Assembly: GCA_045545665.1 (NCBI GenBank)
Contig: JAZQBL010000001.1
Coordinates: 3,686-67,685, forward strand
Source: Eubacteriales bacterium
GTDB taxonomy: Bacteria; Bacillota; Clostridia; Oscillospirales; CAG-272
Direction of reading: 5' to 3'
DNA: 64,000 nucleotides
Shown here: piece by piece, positions 18,325-27,555 of the stretch
How the letters are laid out: each line of letters starts with the position of its first letter
Numbering within the stretch: the stretch's first letter is position 1
Translations under genes and position numbers: made by a program
The notes under the pieces: generated by a model
Database searches by the model: none
Told to the model about the DNA's origin: nothing
Seen by the model: the letters and a program-made list of their open reading frames with translations, nothing else

Positions 18325-19084
18325 ATTTAAGCACTCCTTCCTCGGGGTATATGACAGCTTCAATTCCGTCTATATCTTTTAGAATACCGTGTAAACATTC
18401 CTTTGATATTATTTCGGAATGATAGTGATCGGCGGCAATGCAACCGATGCCTGTGTCGTATGAGTCAAGTAAAGCGTGGTATTTTATCTCACCTGTTATA
18501 AACGTATCGGCGCCGACCGATCTTGCGCCTTCCGCACCTTCGCTGAAAGAACCGCTGACAAGAACGACCTTCTTTACGTATTCGTTGGGAGAAGCGTAAG
18601 TCGGAGCAGGGCATTTCGTCACTTCTTTGACTCTTTCAAGCATTGTTTTAAACAAAACGGGGGTGCTGTATTCACCGGTAAATCCTATCCTTTCGCCTTC
18701 AAAAATAAAAGGGGTGATCGTTGCAAAACCGAGCTTTTCAGCCGTTTTCATATTGATGCCGTACTCCGATGCATCAAGCCTTGTGTGAAAGCTCATAAGG
18801 GCAATATTTTCACGTATGGCATACAAAGCGCGTGAAGATACCGCATCATCACCTTTAAGACTTGTCAAAGGCTTAAAAATAAGCGGATGGTGTGCAATAA
18901 CGGTGTCAAAACCGTTTTCCTTTGCATATTTTAAAACATTTTCCGTTATGTCAAGTGCAATAAGCACTTTTTTGCTTTCATGCACAGGACTCGGTAAAAC
19001 CGAAATTCCGTCATTGTCCCAGACACAGCAAAGACTTTCGGGAAGCACTTTTTCTATTTTTTCATAAAGCTCTGTAGTAAGCAT
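18314..19084 (-). CDS. Nif3-like dinuclear metal centre protein (YbgI/YqfO family)
   Basis: DTVIAHHPLIF, SFHTRLD and CIAADHYHSE are Nif3 metal-ligand motifs. The ATG at 19084 has GGAG 6 nt upstream. The gene's 3' end overlaps the rqcH start. Confidence 0.85.
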   Translation of the reverse strand: MLTTELYEKIEKVLPESLCCVWDNDGISVLPSPVHESKKVLIALDITENVLKYAKENGFDTVIAHHPLIFKPLTSLKGDDAVSSRALYAIRENIALMSFHTRLDASEYGINMKTAEKLGFATITPFIFEGERIGFTGEYSTPVLFKTMLERVKEVTKCPAPTYASPNEYVKKVVLVSGSFSEGAEGARSVGADTFITGEIKYHALLDSYDTGIGCIAADHYHSEIISKECLHGILKDIDGIEAVIYPEEGVLKYAL

Positions 19085-19230
19085 AATTTTCTCCATTCCA
19101 AATGATATTTTATTATACTACACAATTTAGAATTTTTCAACTTGTATTTTACAATTTTATATTTGATTATTTATTTCGGTAAAACGGGTTTATGTAACGG
19201 TGATAATCCAAATTATTCACAAAATAGTAT

Positions 19231-19260
19231 TTGACAATTACATATATAAAGTAGTATAAT
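19231..19260 (+). promoter_or_regulatory. Sigma-A type promoter for ruvC
   Basis: TTGACA (19231-19236), an 18-nt spacer, then TATAAT (19255-19260), about 40 nt before the ruvC ATG. Confidence 0.55.
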
Positions 19261-19298
19261 ACTATGAATAATAATATTTTTTGTAAATCGGAGGGTGT

Positions 19299-19814
19299 AT
19301 GCGTATTTTGGGTATCGACCCGGGGCTTGCCATTGTCGGCTACGGAATTGTCGATTATCATATGAACAGCTTTCGCACGATATCGTACGGTGCGATAGAA
19401 ACACCCGCCGGGGTTGATGTTGAAGTGCGTATTGAAATGATATACGATGCACTTTGCGAAATAATAAACAAATATTCTCCTACGGATATGGCTGTTGAAG
19501 AATTGTTTTTCAACACAAACCAGAAGACCGCTATAGCCGTTGCCGAAGCAAGAGGCGCCATCTTACTTGCAGGTATAAAAAACAAGCTTATGATATACGA
19601 ATATACGCCCCTGCAGGTAAAGCAATCCGTCGTCGGCTACGGACGGGCTGAAAAACAGCAGGTAATGGCGATGACGATGTCTATTTTAAATCTTAAAAAA
19701 ATGCCGAAGCTTGACGACACCTCCGACGCTTTGGCGATAGCCGTCTGCCACGGTCACACGTGCGGCTCGGGAATCAAGCAATATTACAACGAAAAAAAGA
19801 AAAAACTGCTTTAG
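19299..19814 (+). CDS. ruvC: Crossover junction endodeoxyribonuclease RuvC
   Basis: MRILGIDPGLAIVGYG, EELFF and DTSDALAIAVCH carry the catalytic acidic residues and fit the RuvC pattern. Confidence 0.9.
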   Translation: MRILGIDPGLAIVGYGIVDYHMNSFRTISYGAIETPAGVDVEVRIEMIYDALCEIINKYSPTDMAVEELFFNTNQKTAIAVAEARGAILLAGIKNKLMIYEYTPLQVKQSVVGYGRAEKQQVMAMTMSILNLKKMPKLDDTSDALAIAVCHGHTCGSGIKQYYNEKKKKLL

Positions 19815-19821
19815 GTGGATT

Positions 19822-20403
19822 ATGTTTTACTATATAAAAGGAACACTCGTTCATACCGATCCTTCAAGTGCCGTAATAGACACGGGCGGCGTGGGATATA
19901 AAATGACTGTCAGCGCGTCTACTTTATCACAGATCGCAGGCTTGAAAAACGACGTTAAGCTTTATACTTATATGGCTGTGCGTGAGGATGCGGTCGATCT
20001 TTTCGGATTTTATACCCTTGAAGAGCTTTCGCTTTTCAAGCTTCTTATAACCGTTTCGGGTGTCGGTCCGAAAGCGGCAATGGGCGTACTTTCCGCATTC
20101 ACCCCCGAAAGATTTGCCATCGCCGTCGGAAATGAAGACGTAAAGGCTTTGTCAAAAGCAAACGGCGTCGGAGCAAAGACGGCGGCAAGAATAATACTTG
20201 AACTTAAAGACAAGGTGGCAAAGGAGATAACGTCGTCAAAGTCGGTACAGATCACGACAGGCGGTGCCGTAACGGATGCCCTGAACGCACTTATGGTGCT
20301 CGGTTACACAAAAGCGGAAGCAACGACAGCCCTTTCGGGTATCTCACCGTCGTTGTCGCTTGAAGATATGATAAAAGAAGCTTTGAAAAAATTGATGAAA
20401 TAA
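19822..20403 (+). CDS. ruvA: Holliday junction branch migration complex subunit RuvA
   Basis: YIKG start, HhH motifs (LITVSGVGPKAA, SKANGVGAKTAARI), and a C-terminal domain III. Confidence 0.9.
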   Translation: MFYYIKGTLVHTDPSSAVIDTGGVGYKMTVSASTLSQIAGLKNDVKLYTYMAVREDAVDLFGFYTLEELSLFKLLITVSGVGPKAAMGVLSAFTPERFAIAVGNEDVKALSKANGVGAKTAARIILELKDKVAKEITSSKSVQITTGGAVTDALNALMVLGYTKAEATTALSGISPSLSLEDMIKEALKKLMK

Positions 20404-20413
20404 AGGATAGAAT

Positions 20414-21493
20414 ATGCCCGATTACGAAGAATTTGTAAGTGAAGATTTTGATTCACGGCTCGTTGACGTAGAATATTCGGAAACGGATTCGGAAAACGAA
20501 ATAACGCTTCGCCCCGAAACTCTTGATGAATATATCGGTCAGACTAAAGTCAAAGAAAATCTCAGAATATATATAAACGCCGCAAAGTACAGAGGCGACA
20601 GCCTCGACCACACACTTTTGTACGGCCCTCCGGGACTCGGTAAAACGACTCTTTCGCAAATAATTGCAAACGAGATGAATACGTCCATCAGAATAACCTC
20701 GGGTCCTGCAATAGAAAAACCGGGTGATCTTGCCGCACTTTTGACAAACCTCAACGAAGGCGACGTACTTTTTATCGACGAGATACACAGACTCCCGAGA
20801 ACGGTCGAAGAAATACTGTATCCCGCAATGGAGGATTTTTCACTTGACATAATCATCGGCAAAGGACCTGCCGCCAGAAGCATCAGAATGCCTTTGAAGC
20901 ATTTCACTTTGATAGGCGCTACGACGAGGGCAGGACAGCTTACAACACCGCTACGCGACCGATTCGGTGTTTTGATGCGTCTTGAGTTGTATACACCCGA
21001 GGAGCTTGCGACGATCGTTACACGCAGTGCGGGAATACTGAATATAAAAATTTCCGAAAGCGGTGCAAAGGAGATCGCAAAACGCTCAAGAGGTACTCCG
21101 AGAATCGCAAACAGACTTTTGAAACGTGTACGTGACTTTGCACAGATAATAGGTGACGGCGAAATAACGAAGGAAATTGCCGATTACGCATTAAAACAGC
21201 TCGAAATAGACGACCTCGGCCTTGACGGTACGGACAGAAAAATGCTTACCACGATAATCAAATATTACGACGGAGGCCCCGTCGGACTTGAAACTCTTGC
21301 CGCAACGGTCGGTGAGGAAGCCGTAACGCTCGAAGACGTTTACGAGCCGTATCTTATGCAGATAGGCTTTCTTAACAGAACGCCGAGGGGCAGATGCGTT
21401 ACCAAATCGGCTTATGAGCATCTCAATATAAATTTTACAAAAAAAGCAACACAGCAAAGTATTTTTGACGATAATACGGATGGAGAAATTTAA
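20414..21493 (+). CDS. ruvB: Holliday junction DNA helicase RuvB
   Basis: LRP..LDEYIGQ, Walker [10 protein letters not shown], Walker [15 protein letters not shown] and [11 protein letters not shown]. Confidence 0.95.
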   Translation: MPDYEEFVSEDFDSRLVDVEYSETDSENEITLRPETLDEYIGQTKVKENLRIYINAAKYRGDSLDHTLLYGPPGLGKTTLSQIIANEMNTSIRITSGPAIEKPGDLAALLTNLNEGDVLFIDEIHRLPRTVEEILYPAMEDFSLDIIIGKGPAARSIRMPLKHFTLIGATTRAGQLTTPLRDRFGVLMRLELYTPEELATIVTRSAGILNIKISESGAKEIAKRSRGTPRIANRLLKRVRDFAQIIGDGEITKEIADYALKQLEIDDLGLDGTDRKMLTTIIKYYDGGPVGLETLAATVGEEAVTLEDVYEPYLMQIGFLNRTPRGRCVTKSAYEHLNINFTKKATQQSIFDDNTDGEI

Positions 21494-22351
21494 ATGTTCG
21501 TTTCAGATAAATGGAAGGATTATGAGCTTATAGACGCCTCCGACGGCGAAAGGCTCGAAAGATGGGGAAAGTTCATACTGATACGCCCCGACCCGCAGGT
21601 AATATGGAAGGGCAGAAAAACAAGCCCTCTGTGGAAACGTGCGGATGCCATATACCGCAGAGAATCAAGCGGCGGCGGAAGATGGGTAAAGTGTGACGTT
21701 CCCGAATCCTGGACGATAAATTATAAGGACTTGCGCTTTTTGATAAAGCCTATGGGATTCAAGCATACGGGCGTTTTTCCCGAACAGGCAGTAAACTGGG
21801 ATTGGTTTTCAAAGATCCTCTCCGATAACGGCGGAGGAAGGGTATTAAACCTTTTTGCGTATACGGGCGGTGCGACGATCGCATCGTCGAATGCGGGAGC
21901 ATCCGTGTGTCACGTCGATGCTTCAAAGGGAATGACGGCACAAGCGAAGCAAAACGCCGTTCTTTCGGGACTTGATAAAAATCCGATAAGATATATAGTT
22001 GACGATTGTATGAAGTTCATTGAAAGAGAAATAAGACGCGGTAATTCCTACGAAGGCATCATAATGGACCCGCCTTCTTACGGCAGAGGGCCCGGCGGGG
22101 AAGTCTGGAAGCTTGAAGAATGTGTTGATGAGCTTATAACAAAAGCTTCGTCCTTGCTTTCTGATAATCCTCTTTTCTTCCTTGTGAATTCATATACAAC
22201 GGGACTTTCACCGTCAACGATAGGTTATATGCTCAATTCGGGCATAAAAAAGAAGATAGGCGGAAACGTCGTCTGCGACGAGATCGGTCTGCCCGTAACC
22301 CAAACAGGAGGAATACTTCCTTGCGGTGCGGCATCAAGATGGTACAAATAA
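21494..22351 (+). CDS. Class I SAM-dependent (RlmI-like) methyltransferase
   Basis: LNLFAYTGGAT, VDAS and IIMDPPSYGRG motifs. The gene starts directly after the ruvB stop. Confidence 0.75.
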   Translation: MFVSDKWKDYELIDASDGERLERWGKFILIRPDPQVIWKGRKTSPLWKRADAIYRRESSGGGRWVKCDVPESWTINYKDLRFLIKPMGFKHTGVFPEQAVNWDWFSKILSDNGGGRVLNLFAYTGGATIASSNAGASVCHVDASKGMTAQAKQNAVLSGLDKNPIRYIVDDCMKFIEREIRRGNSYEGIIMDPPSYGRGPGGEVWKLEECVDELITKASSLLSDNPLFFLVNSYTTGLSPSTIGYMLNSGIKKKIGGNVVCDEIGLPVTQTGGILPCGAASRWYK

Positions 22352-22368
22352 AGGCGGAAACGTATTAA

Positions 22369-23247
22369 ATGAACGTAATAAAAACAACAGATCTTTCGTT
22401 TTCATATAAAGACAGCGATGAAAAGCTGATTCCCGTGCTCAAGAATATCAATATTGAGATAAAAGAAGGGGAATTTGTTGCGATCCTCGGACATAACGGA
22501 AGCGGAAAATCGACACTTGCAAGACTTATGAATATGATACTCACCGAAGAAGCGGGCGAGTTTGACGGAAAACTGTATATTCTCGGAAAAGAAATAACGT
22601 CCGATATAACGGAAGATGAAATATACAGCCTTCGCCGACATATCGGTATGGTGCATCAGAATCCCGATAACCAGATAGTTGCAACAACTGTCGAGGAAGA
22701 CGTTGCGTTCGGCCCCGAAAATCTCGGTGTTCCTCGTGAAGAGATAAGAAAAAGAGTGGACGACGCTCTTGAAGAAGTCGGAATGACGGAGTATATGCTC
22801 CACGCACCGCACAAGCTCTCGGGCGGTCAGAAACAGCGCGTTGCGATCGCAGGTATCATAGCGATGAAGCCCGATATTATGATATTCGATGAATCGACGG
22901 CAATGCTCGATCCGCACGGCCGTGATGAAGTAATGAACACGATAAAGCATCTTAACGAAGATCCGAAGAAAACGATCATCCTCATAACTCACTATATGGA
23001 GGAAGCGGCGAAGGCTGACAGAATAATCGTTTTAAATGAAGGAACGGTGTATAAAACGGGAACACCTAAGGAAATATTTTCAGATGCCGAAGCGTTAAGA
23101 AAAGTAAGCCTTGACGTACCGCAGGTGACGGAGCTTTTTGAAATACTGAAAAAAGCGGGCCTGCCTGTTGAAGACGTGCCGATATGCACGGAAGACGGCG
23201 TAAAGATGCTTGCAAAGATCCTTTCAAAATCAAAGGAGGAAAAATAA
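22369..23247 (+). CDS. ecfA1: ECF transporter ATPase component EcfA1
   Basis: Walker A GHNGSGKST, ABC signature LSGGQKQR and Walker B IMIFDEST. It is followed by a second ATPase and the T component. Confidence 0.9.
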   Translation: MNVIKTTDLSFSYKDSDEKLIPVLKNINIEIKEGEFVAILGHNGSGKSTLARLMNMILTEEAGEFDGKLYILGKEITSDITEDEIYSLRRHIGMVHQNPDNQIVATTVEEDVAFGPENLGVPREEIRKRVDDALEEVGMTEYMLHAPHKLSGGQKQRVAIAGIIAMKPDIMIFDESTAMLDPHGRDEVMNTIKHLNEDPKKTIILITHYMEEAAKADRIIVLNEGTVYKTGTPKEIFSDAEALRKVSLDVPQVTELFEILKKAGLPVEDVPICTEDGVKMLAKILSKSKEEK

Positions 23248-24104
23248 TGCCTCTTTGCCTTGAAAATGTAAGCTACACTTACGGTGTGCATACACCGTTT
23301 GAACATAAAGCTTTGAACGGTCTCGACCTTACGTTTAAGGACGGTATCATAACGGGACTTATGGGTCACACGGGATCCGGAAAATCGACCGTTGCGCAGA
23401 TGCTTAACGGACTGTTAAGACCTACAAGCGGACGTGTTACACTTGACGGAGTCGATATCAATTCCTCTAAAAAAATATGCTATGAGACAAAATTCAAAGT
23501 AGGTATCGTTTTTCAGTATCCCGAATATCAGCTTTTCAAAGAAACTGTATGGGAAGATATTGCATACGGTCCGAGAAATATGAAATTGAGCGATGATGAA
23601 GTAAAAAAGCGTGTCACGGAAGCTGCCGACTTTGTGGGACTTACAAAGGAAATGCTTCAAAAATCTCCGTTTGAATTGTCGGGCGGACAGAAAAGACGTG
23701 CGGCAATAGCCGGGATCATCGCTATGCGCCCTAAGTTCTTGATGCTTGATGAGCCTGCTGCAGGACTTGATCCGGCGGGCAGGGAAGACATCCTGACGAA
23801 AATATGCGAATATAAGAAAAACGAAAATTCTTCCGTCATACTGATAAGTCACAGTATGGAAGATATGGCAAAGTACTGTGATGAGATAGCCGTTATGGAT
23901 GACGGGGTACTCCTTATGTACGGTACGCCCGAGGAAGTTTTTTCAAACCGTCAGCAGCTCAAGGAAGCGGGACTTAATTTACCGCAGATAACCGAGCTTA
24001 TGTACGAACTGAACAGCTGCGGTATACCGACGGATCGCATACCGTTTACGGTAGAAGATGCCGCAGAACAAATAATAAAACTTTACGGTAAAGGCTCTAA
24101 ATGA
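23247..24104 (+). CDS. ecfA2: ECF transporter ATPase component EcfA2
   Basis: GHTGSGKST, LSGGQKRR and FLMLDEPAAGLD. The ATG at 23247 overlaps the ecfA1 stop (TAATG) and has GGAGG upstream. Confidence 0.9.
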   Translation: MPLCLENVSYTYGVHTPFEHKALNGLDLTFKDGIITGLMGHTGSGKSTVAQMLNGLLRPTSGRVTLDGVDINSSKKICYETKFKVGIVFQYPEYQLFKETVWEDIAYGPRNMKLSDDEVKKRVTEAADFVGLTKEMLQKSPFELSGGQKRRAAIAGIIAMRPKFLMLDEPAAGLDPAGREDILTKICEYKKNENSSVILISHSMEDMAKYCDEIAVMDDGVLLMYGTPEEVFSNRQQLKEAGLNLPQITELMYELNSCGIPTDRIPFTVEDAAEQIIKLYGKGSK

Positions 24105-24928
24105 TAAAAGATATAACACTCGGACAGTATTTCCCGGGTAATTCCGTTTTTCATAATGCTGATCCGCGCATGAAATTGATCATTACGTTTATAATGATCG
24201 GGGCGATATTTGCCGCCTCATCCGCTATAAGCTTCGCGCTTATATTCGTTGCCGTGCTTTTTTTGATATTTATTTCAAGAATATCCCTTACGGTAATACT
24301 CAAAGGCGTAAAGCCCGTACTTTTTATACTGTTTTTCACGGCTTTCATCCAGATATTTTTAACAAGAACAGGTGAGCTCCTGCTTGATGTATGGATAATA
24401 AAAGTATATTCCGACGGTATTGTTTTTGCAGTGAAAATGATGCTGCGGATACTCTTTTTGGTCGTTTCAACAAGCGTTCTGCTTTCCTATACCACGTCCC
24501 CGATAGCATTGACTGACGGAATAGAGGGACTGCTCAGCCCGTTTAAAAAACTCGGACTGAACGTCCACGATTTTGCAATGATGATGTCTATCGCCATGAG
24601 ATTTATCCCGACTATAATTGAAGAGACGGATAAGATCATGTCGGCACAAAAAGCACGGGGAACGGATTTTTCCTCAGGCGGTCTTATAAAAAGGGCAAAG
24701 GCAATGATACCGATATTTATCCCCTTGCTCGCTTCCGAAATAAGACGCGCAGACGAGCTTTCCTGCGCTATGATATGCCGCTGTTACAGAGGCGGCGAGG
24801 GCAGAACGAAGCTCAAGGTCCTTAAGCTCAAAGGACGTGATTTTGTACTGTTTATCATTGCTGTGGTAATATTGGGACTCGTCATCTGTGCAAATATCGT
24901 AACTGCAAAATTAGGTCTGCCTTTATGA
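24101..24928 (+). CDS. ecfT: ECF transporter transmembrane component EcfT
   Basis: Polytopic membrane protein with the EcfT-type region A.KARG...... and ARG coupling helices (MSAQKARGTDF). It is translationally coupled to ecfA2. Confidence 0.9.
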   Translation: MIKDITLGQYFPGNSVFHNADPRMKLIITFIMIGAIFAASSAISFALIFVAVLFLIFISRISLTVILKGVKPVLFILFFTAFIQIFLTRTGELLLDVWIIKVYSDGIVFAVKMMLRILFLVVSTSVLLSYTTSPIALTDGIEGLLSPFKKLGLNVHDFAMMMSIAMRFIPTIIEETDKIMSAQKARGTDFSSGGLIKRAKAMIPIFIPLLASEIRRADELSCAMICRCYRGGEGRTKLKVLKLKGRDFVLFIIAVVILGLVICANIVTAKLGLPL

Positions 24929-25686
24929 AATATCTTTTAAAATTGTCGTATCTCGGATGCGAATATCACGGCTTTCAGATACAGGACAACGCACCGACTA
25001 TAGCAGGAGCTTTGAAAAAAAGCTGTGAGATGCTTTTTTCAGCCCCCTGCACAATACATGGCTGCAGCAGGACGGACACGGGCGTTCACGCACTCGATTA
25101 TTATGCAACGTGTACCGTTGACGGCGGTAATAACGTACCCGAAAAAAAGATACCGTACGCACTTAATCATTTGTTGCCGAATGATATATCCGTTTTGGAC
25201 TGCTGTATTGCGGATGATATGTTCAATCCGCGTCACGCCGAATATAAGGAATACAGATACGTCGTACACAATTCGCCCTTCAAAGATCCGTTTTTATATA
25301 AAAGAGCTTTGAGAGTACCCGATAAAATTGATGCCGATATGCTGCATAAAGCCGCGCAGGCGTTTGTCGGTACGCATGATTTTTCCTCGTTTATGGCAAC
25401 GGGCTCGGAGGTAAAGACAACTGTTCGAACAGTCAAATATTTCAGTGTTGAACGTGATAATGACAGAATAATATTTACTGTCGCAGCTGACGGCTTTTTG
25501 TACAATATGGTACGTATAATGGTCGGAACACTTCTTGATATTTCAAAAGGAAAGATCGACAAAGATGCTGTTTCTTCCATAATTCTTGCAAAAGACAGAA
25601 CGAAAGCGGGAATAACAGCACCCCCCGACGGACTTTATCTTGCAAAAGTTGTTTATAAAGAGAATTTTTTTACATCCCGGAGTTGA
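24925..25686 (+). CDS. truA: tRNA pseudouridine(38-40) synthase TruA
   Basis: Y.G..YHGFQ and the GCSRTDTGVHA catalytic Asp motif. It sits in the conserved position after ecfT. Confidence 0.9.
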   Translation: MKYLLKLSYLGCEYHGFQIQDNAPTIAGALKKSCEMLFSAPCTIHGCSRTDTGVHALDYYATCTVDGGNNVPEKKIPYALNHLLPNDISVLDCCIADDMFNPRHAEYKEYRYVVHNSPFKDPFLYKRALRVPDKIDADMLHKAAQAFVGTHDFSSFMATGSEVKTTVRTVKYFSVERDNDRIIFTVAADGFLYNMVRIMVGTLLDISKGKIDKDAVSSIILAKDRTKAGITAPPDGLYLAKVVYKENFFTSRS

Positions 25687-25690
25687 TAAT

Positions 25691-26977
25691 TTGAAAAAGA
25701 AAAAAAGAGTAGATATTACAAAAGATGATATCATCGACGTAAGACCCGGCTCTATTCCCAAAAATTCGTATTCAAACGGACCCGAACTTGATATATACGA
25801 AGATGAAGAAGAAAAAATAAACGAATATTACGTCAAGCTGTCATACAGATTCAGAATTGCAAAGTTTGTATCCTTGACTCTTTGTATAGTTTTCGTGCTG
25901 TGTATGCTTACGGCGTTTTCTGAAGATATAACCGCTGAAAATTTCAGATATCTTATGAAGGATATCAACTTCGAACTTCCCGAAAACGTATCTGAATTCG
26001 GAAACATATCGTATACCGAAGATACGGAAGCGGTATATGCAATGTTCAAAAACGACCTCGTGTGCGTCGGCAGAAACAGTATTGAAGTTGTCGATATGTC
26101 GGGCGATACGGTCCTCAAAGAGGATATAAGCTACGTAAAACCGAGAATATCAGCGGGAAAAAAGTATTTTTTGGTGTACGATCTTTCCGGATACAGCTTT
26201 TCTGTATACAATTCGTTTTCGTGTATTTATTCCGAAACCCTTGATTATCCGATATCGTATGCATACGTGAATGATGACGGACGCGCGGTGGTCGTAACAA
26301 GAAGTGAAGATTACCGTTGCTGCGTTCTTGTATACAATAAAAAATATGAGCTTGCATACACCTGGAAAACAAACGATAAATACGTTTTCGACGTCGTTTT
26401 GAACAACGATGGCTCGTTTGTCTTTCTTTGCGCGGGAGTTGATGACGGACTGTTTTCAAGAATAGATATTATCGGTAACATAAAAAATGAAGAAGTCACC
26501 GTTTCAGATCCGAAATACGGCGTGACGGCTCTCGATATGAATTATTTTGAAAACGGTAACCGTGTTGTATTTTGCACGGATTCTGCGATTTTTGAGAATG
26601 GCAGCGGTGAGATCTTGGTAAATTGCTCCTACGGGGCAGATACCTGCGTTTTAACATATTCAAACGGTACACACGCACTGACGGTGCTCGATTCCGTCAC
26701 TTTGGGACGGGAAAACGTATTGACTGTCTATACCGATAAGGGGCAGACGTTGATTTCATCCGATGTTCCGACACATCCGAAGTCGGCATATATTTACGGT
26801 GAATATGCTTACGTGCTGTATACGGACAGCATCATCCGAATAGATATAAACAGCGGTGAAATAAAACGCTGTAAAAACGAAAGAGTGATAAACACGCTTT
26901 TGCAAACGGAAAACGGAATACTTTTGGCTGTCGGCAAAACACGGGCATATCCGATAGATGATTCGAAATTTGAATAA
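25691..26977 (+). CDS. Hypothetical single-pass membrane protein with a large beta-rich extracytoplasmic domain
   Basis: Basic N-terminus, one TM helix (FVSLTLCIVFVLCMLTAF), then about 330 aa of strand-like repeats. The TTG at 25691 has GGAG 8 nt upstream, and the ORF-track ATG at 25640 would overlap truA by 47 nt. Confidence 0.55.
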   Translation: MKKKKRVDITKDDIIDVRPGSIPKNSYSNGPELDIYEDEEEKINEYYVKLSYRFRIAKFVSLTLCIVFVLCMLTAFSEDITAENFRYLMKDINFELPENVSEFGNISYTEDTEAVYAMFKNDLVCVGRNSIEVVDMSGDTVLKEDISYVKPRISAGKKYFLVYDLSGYSFSVYNSFSCIYSETLDYPISYAYVNDDGRAVVVTRSEDYRCCVLVYNKKYELAYTWKTNDKYVFDVVLNNDGSFVFLCAGVDDGLFSRIDIIGNIKNEEVTVSDPKYGVTALDMNYFENGNRVVFCTDSAIFENGSGEILVNCSYGADTCVLTYSNGTHALTVLDSVTLGRENVLTVYTDKGQTLISSDVPTHPKSAYIYGEYAYVLYTDSIIRIDINSGEIKRCKNERVINTLLQTENGILLAVGKTRAYPIDDSKFE

Positions 26978-27001
26978 TTTTAAATTCAAGAAAGGAAAAC
27001 T

Positions 27002-27532
27002 TTGATCACTATGAATTTTGTTATAGATATTATAATTCTTCTTATTTTTGCTTACTCTATATGGAAAGGGCACAGGCAGGGATTTATCAAAACTCTTTTC
27101 AGCCTTATAATAAGAGTCGTATCTTTTGTGGTGGCAATTATTTTCGCACATCCGGTATCTCTTATATTTGCTGATAAAATTCTCTCAGGACATCCGGAGG
27201 CAACGGTGAGGGCCGTGTCATATACTGCCGCTTTCATTATCGTATATATAGTTGCACATATCGCCATCAGTATAGTATCGAACGTCCTTGACCTGATTTC
27301 AAAGCTTCCGCTTTTGAATCTTGCCAATAAAACGCTCGGTATAATAATAGGTGCCGCCCTCGGATTTGTCACAGCGTGGATATTTGCAATAGCTTTGAAT
27401 TTTATTTTTCCGTTGCTTGTATCAAATTATCCCGATATCTTTTCGGCAAACACACTCGATGAAACGTTGCTTTTCAAGATCGTATATAACGCAAATATAT
27501 TAAAGCCTATATATGCAAGTATCGTACAGTAA
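27002..27532 (+). CDS. CvpA-family membrane protein
   Basis: Four TM segments with a start typical of the family (..IDIIILLIFAYSIWKGHRQGFIK). The TTG start lies 5 nt after AAAGGA. Confidence 0.7.
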   Translation: MITMNFVIDIIILLIFAYSIWKGHRQGFIKTLFSLIIRVVSFVVAIIFAHPVSLIFADKILSGHPEATVRAVSYTAAFIIVYIVAHIAISIVSNVLDLISKLPLLNLANKTLGIIIGAALGFVTAWIFAIALNFIFPLLVSNYPDIFSANTLDETLLFKIVYNANILKPIYASIVQ

Positions 27533-27555
27533 TTTAATTTTATGAGGAATTATCA

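Noticed and set aside
19097-19298. The 200-nt AT-rich gap before ruvC as a possible small RNA or origin-like region
   Set aside because: It contains only a consensus promoter and AT-rich spacer. No DnaA-box clusters, hairpins or conserved-looking structure are visible.
23184-23246. Longer N-terminus for EcfA2 (ORF-track start at 23184), and similar 5' extensions for cls (58199), rqcH (18363), the SIS gene (6106), the DivIVA-domain gene (6887) and the FkbM gene (6973)
   Set aside because: These extensions overlap upstream genes or run through terminator hairpins. Internal ATGs with SD sequences and family-typical N-termini fit better.
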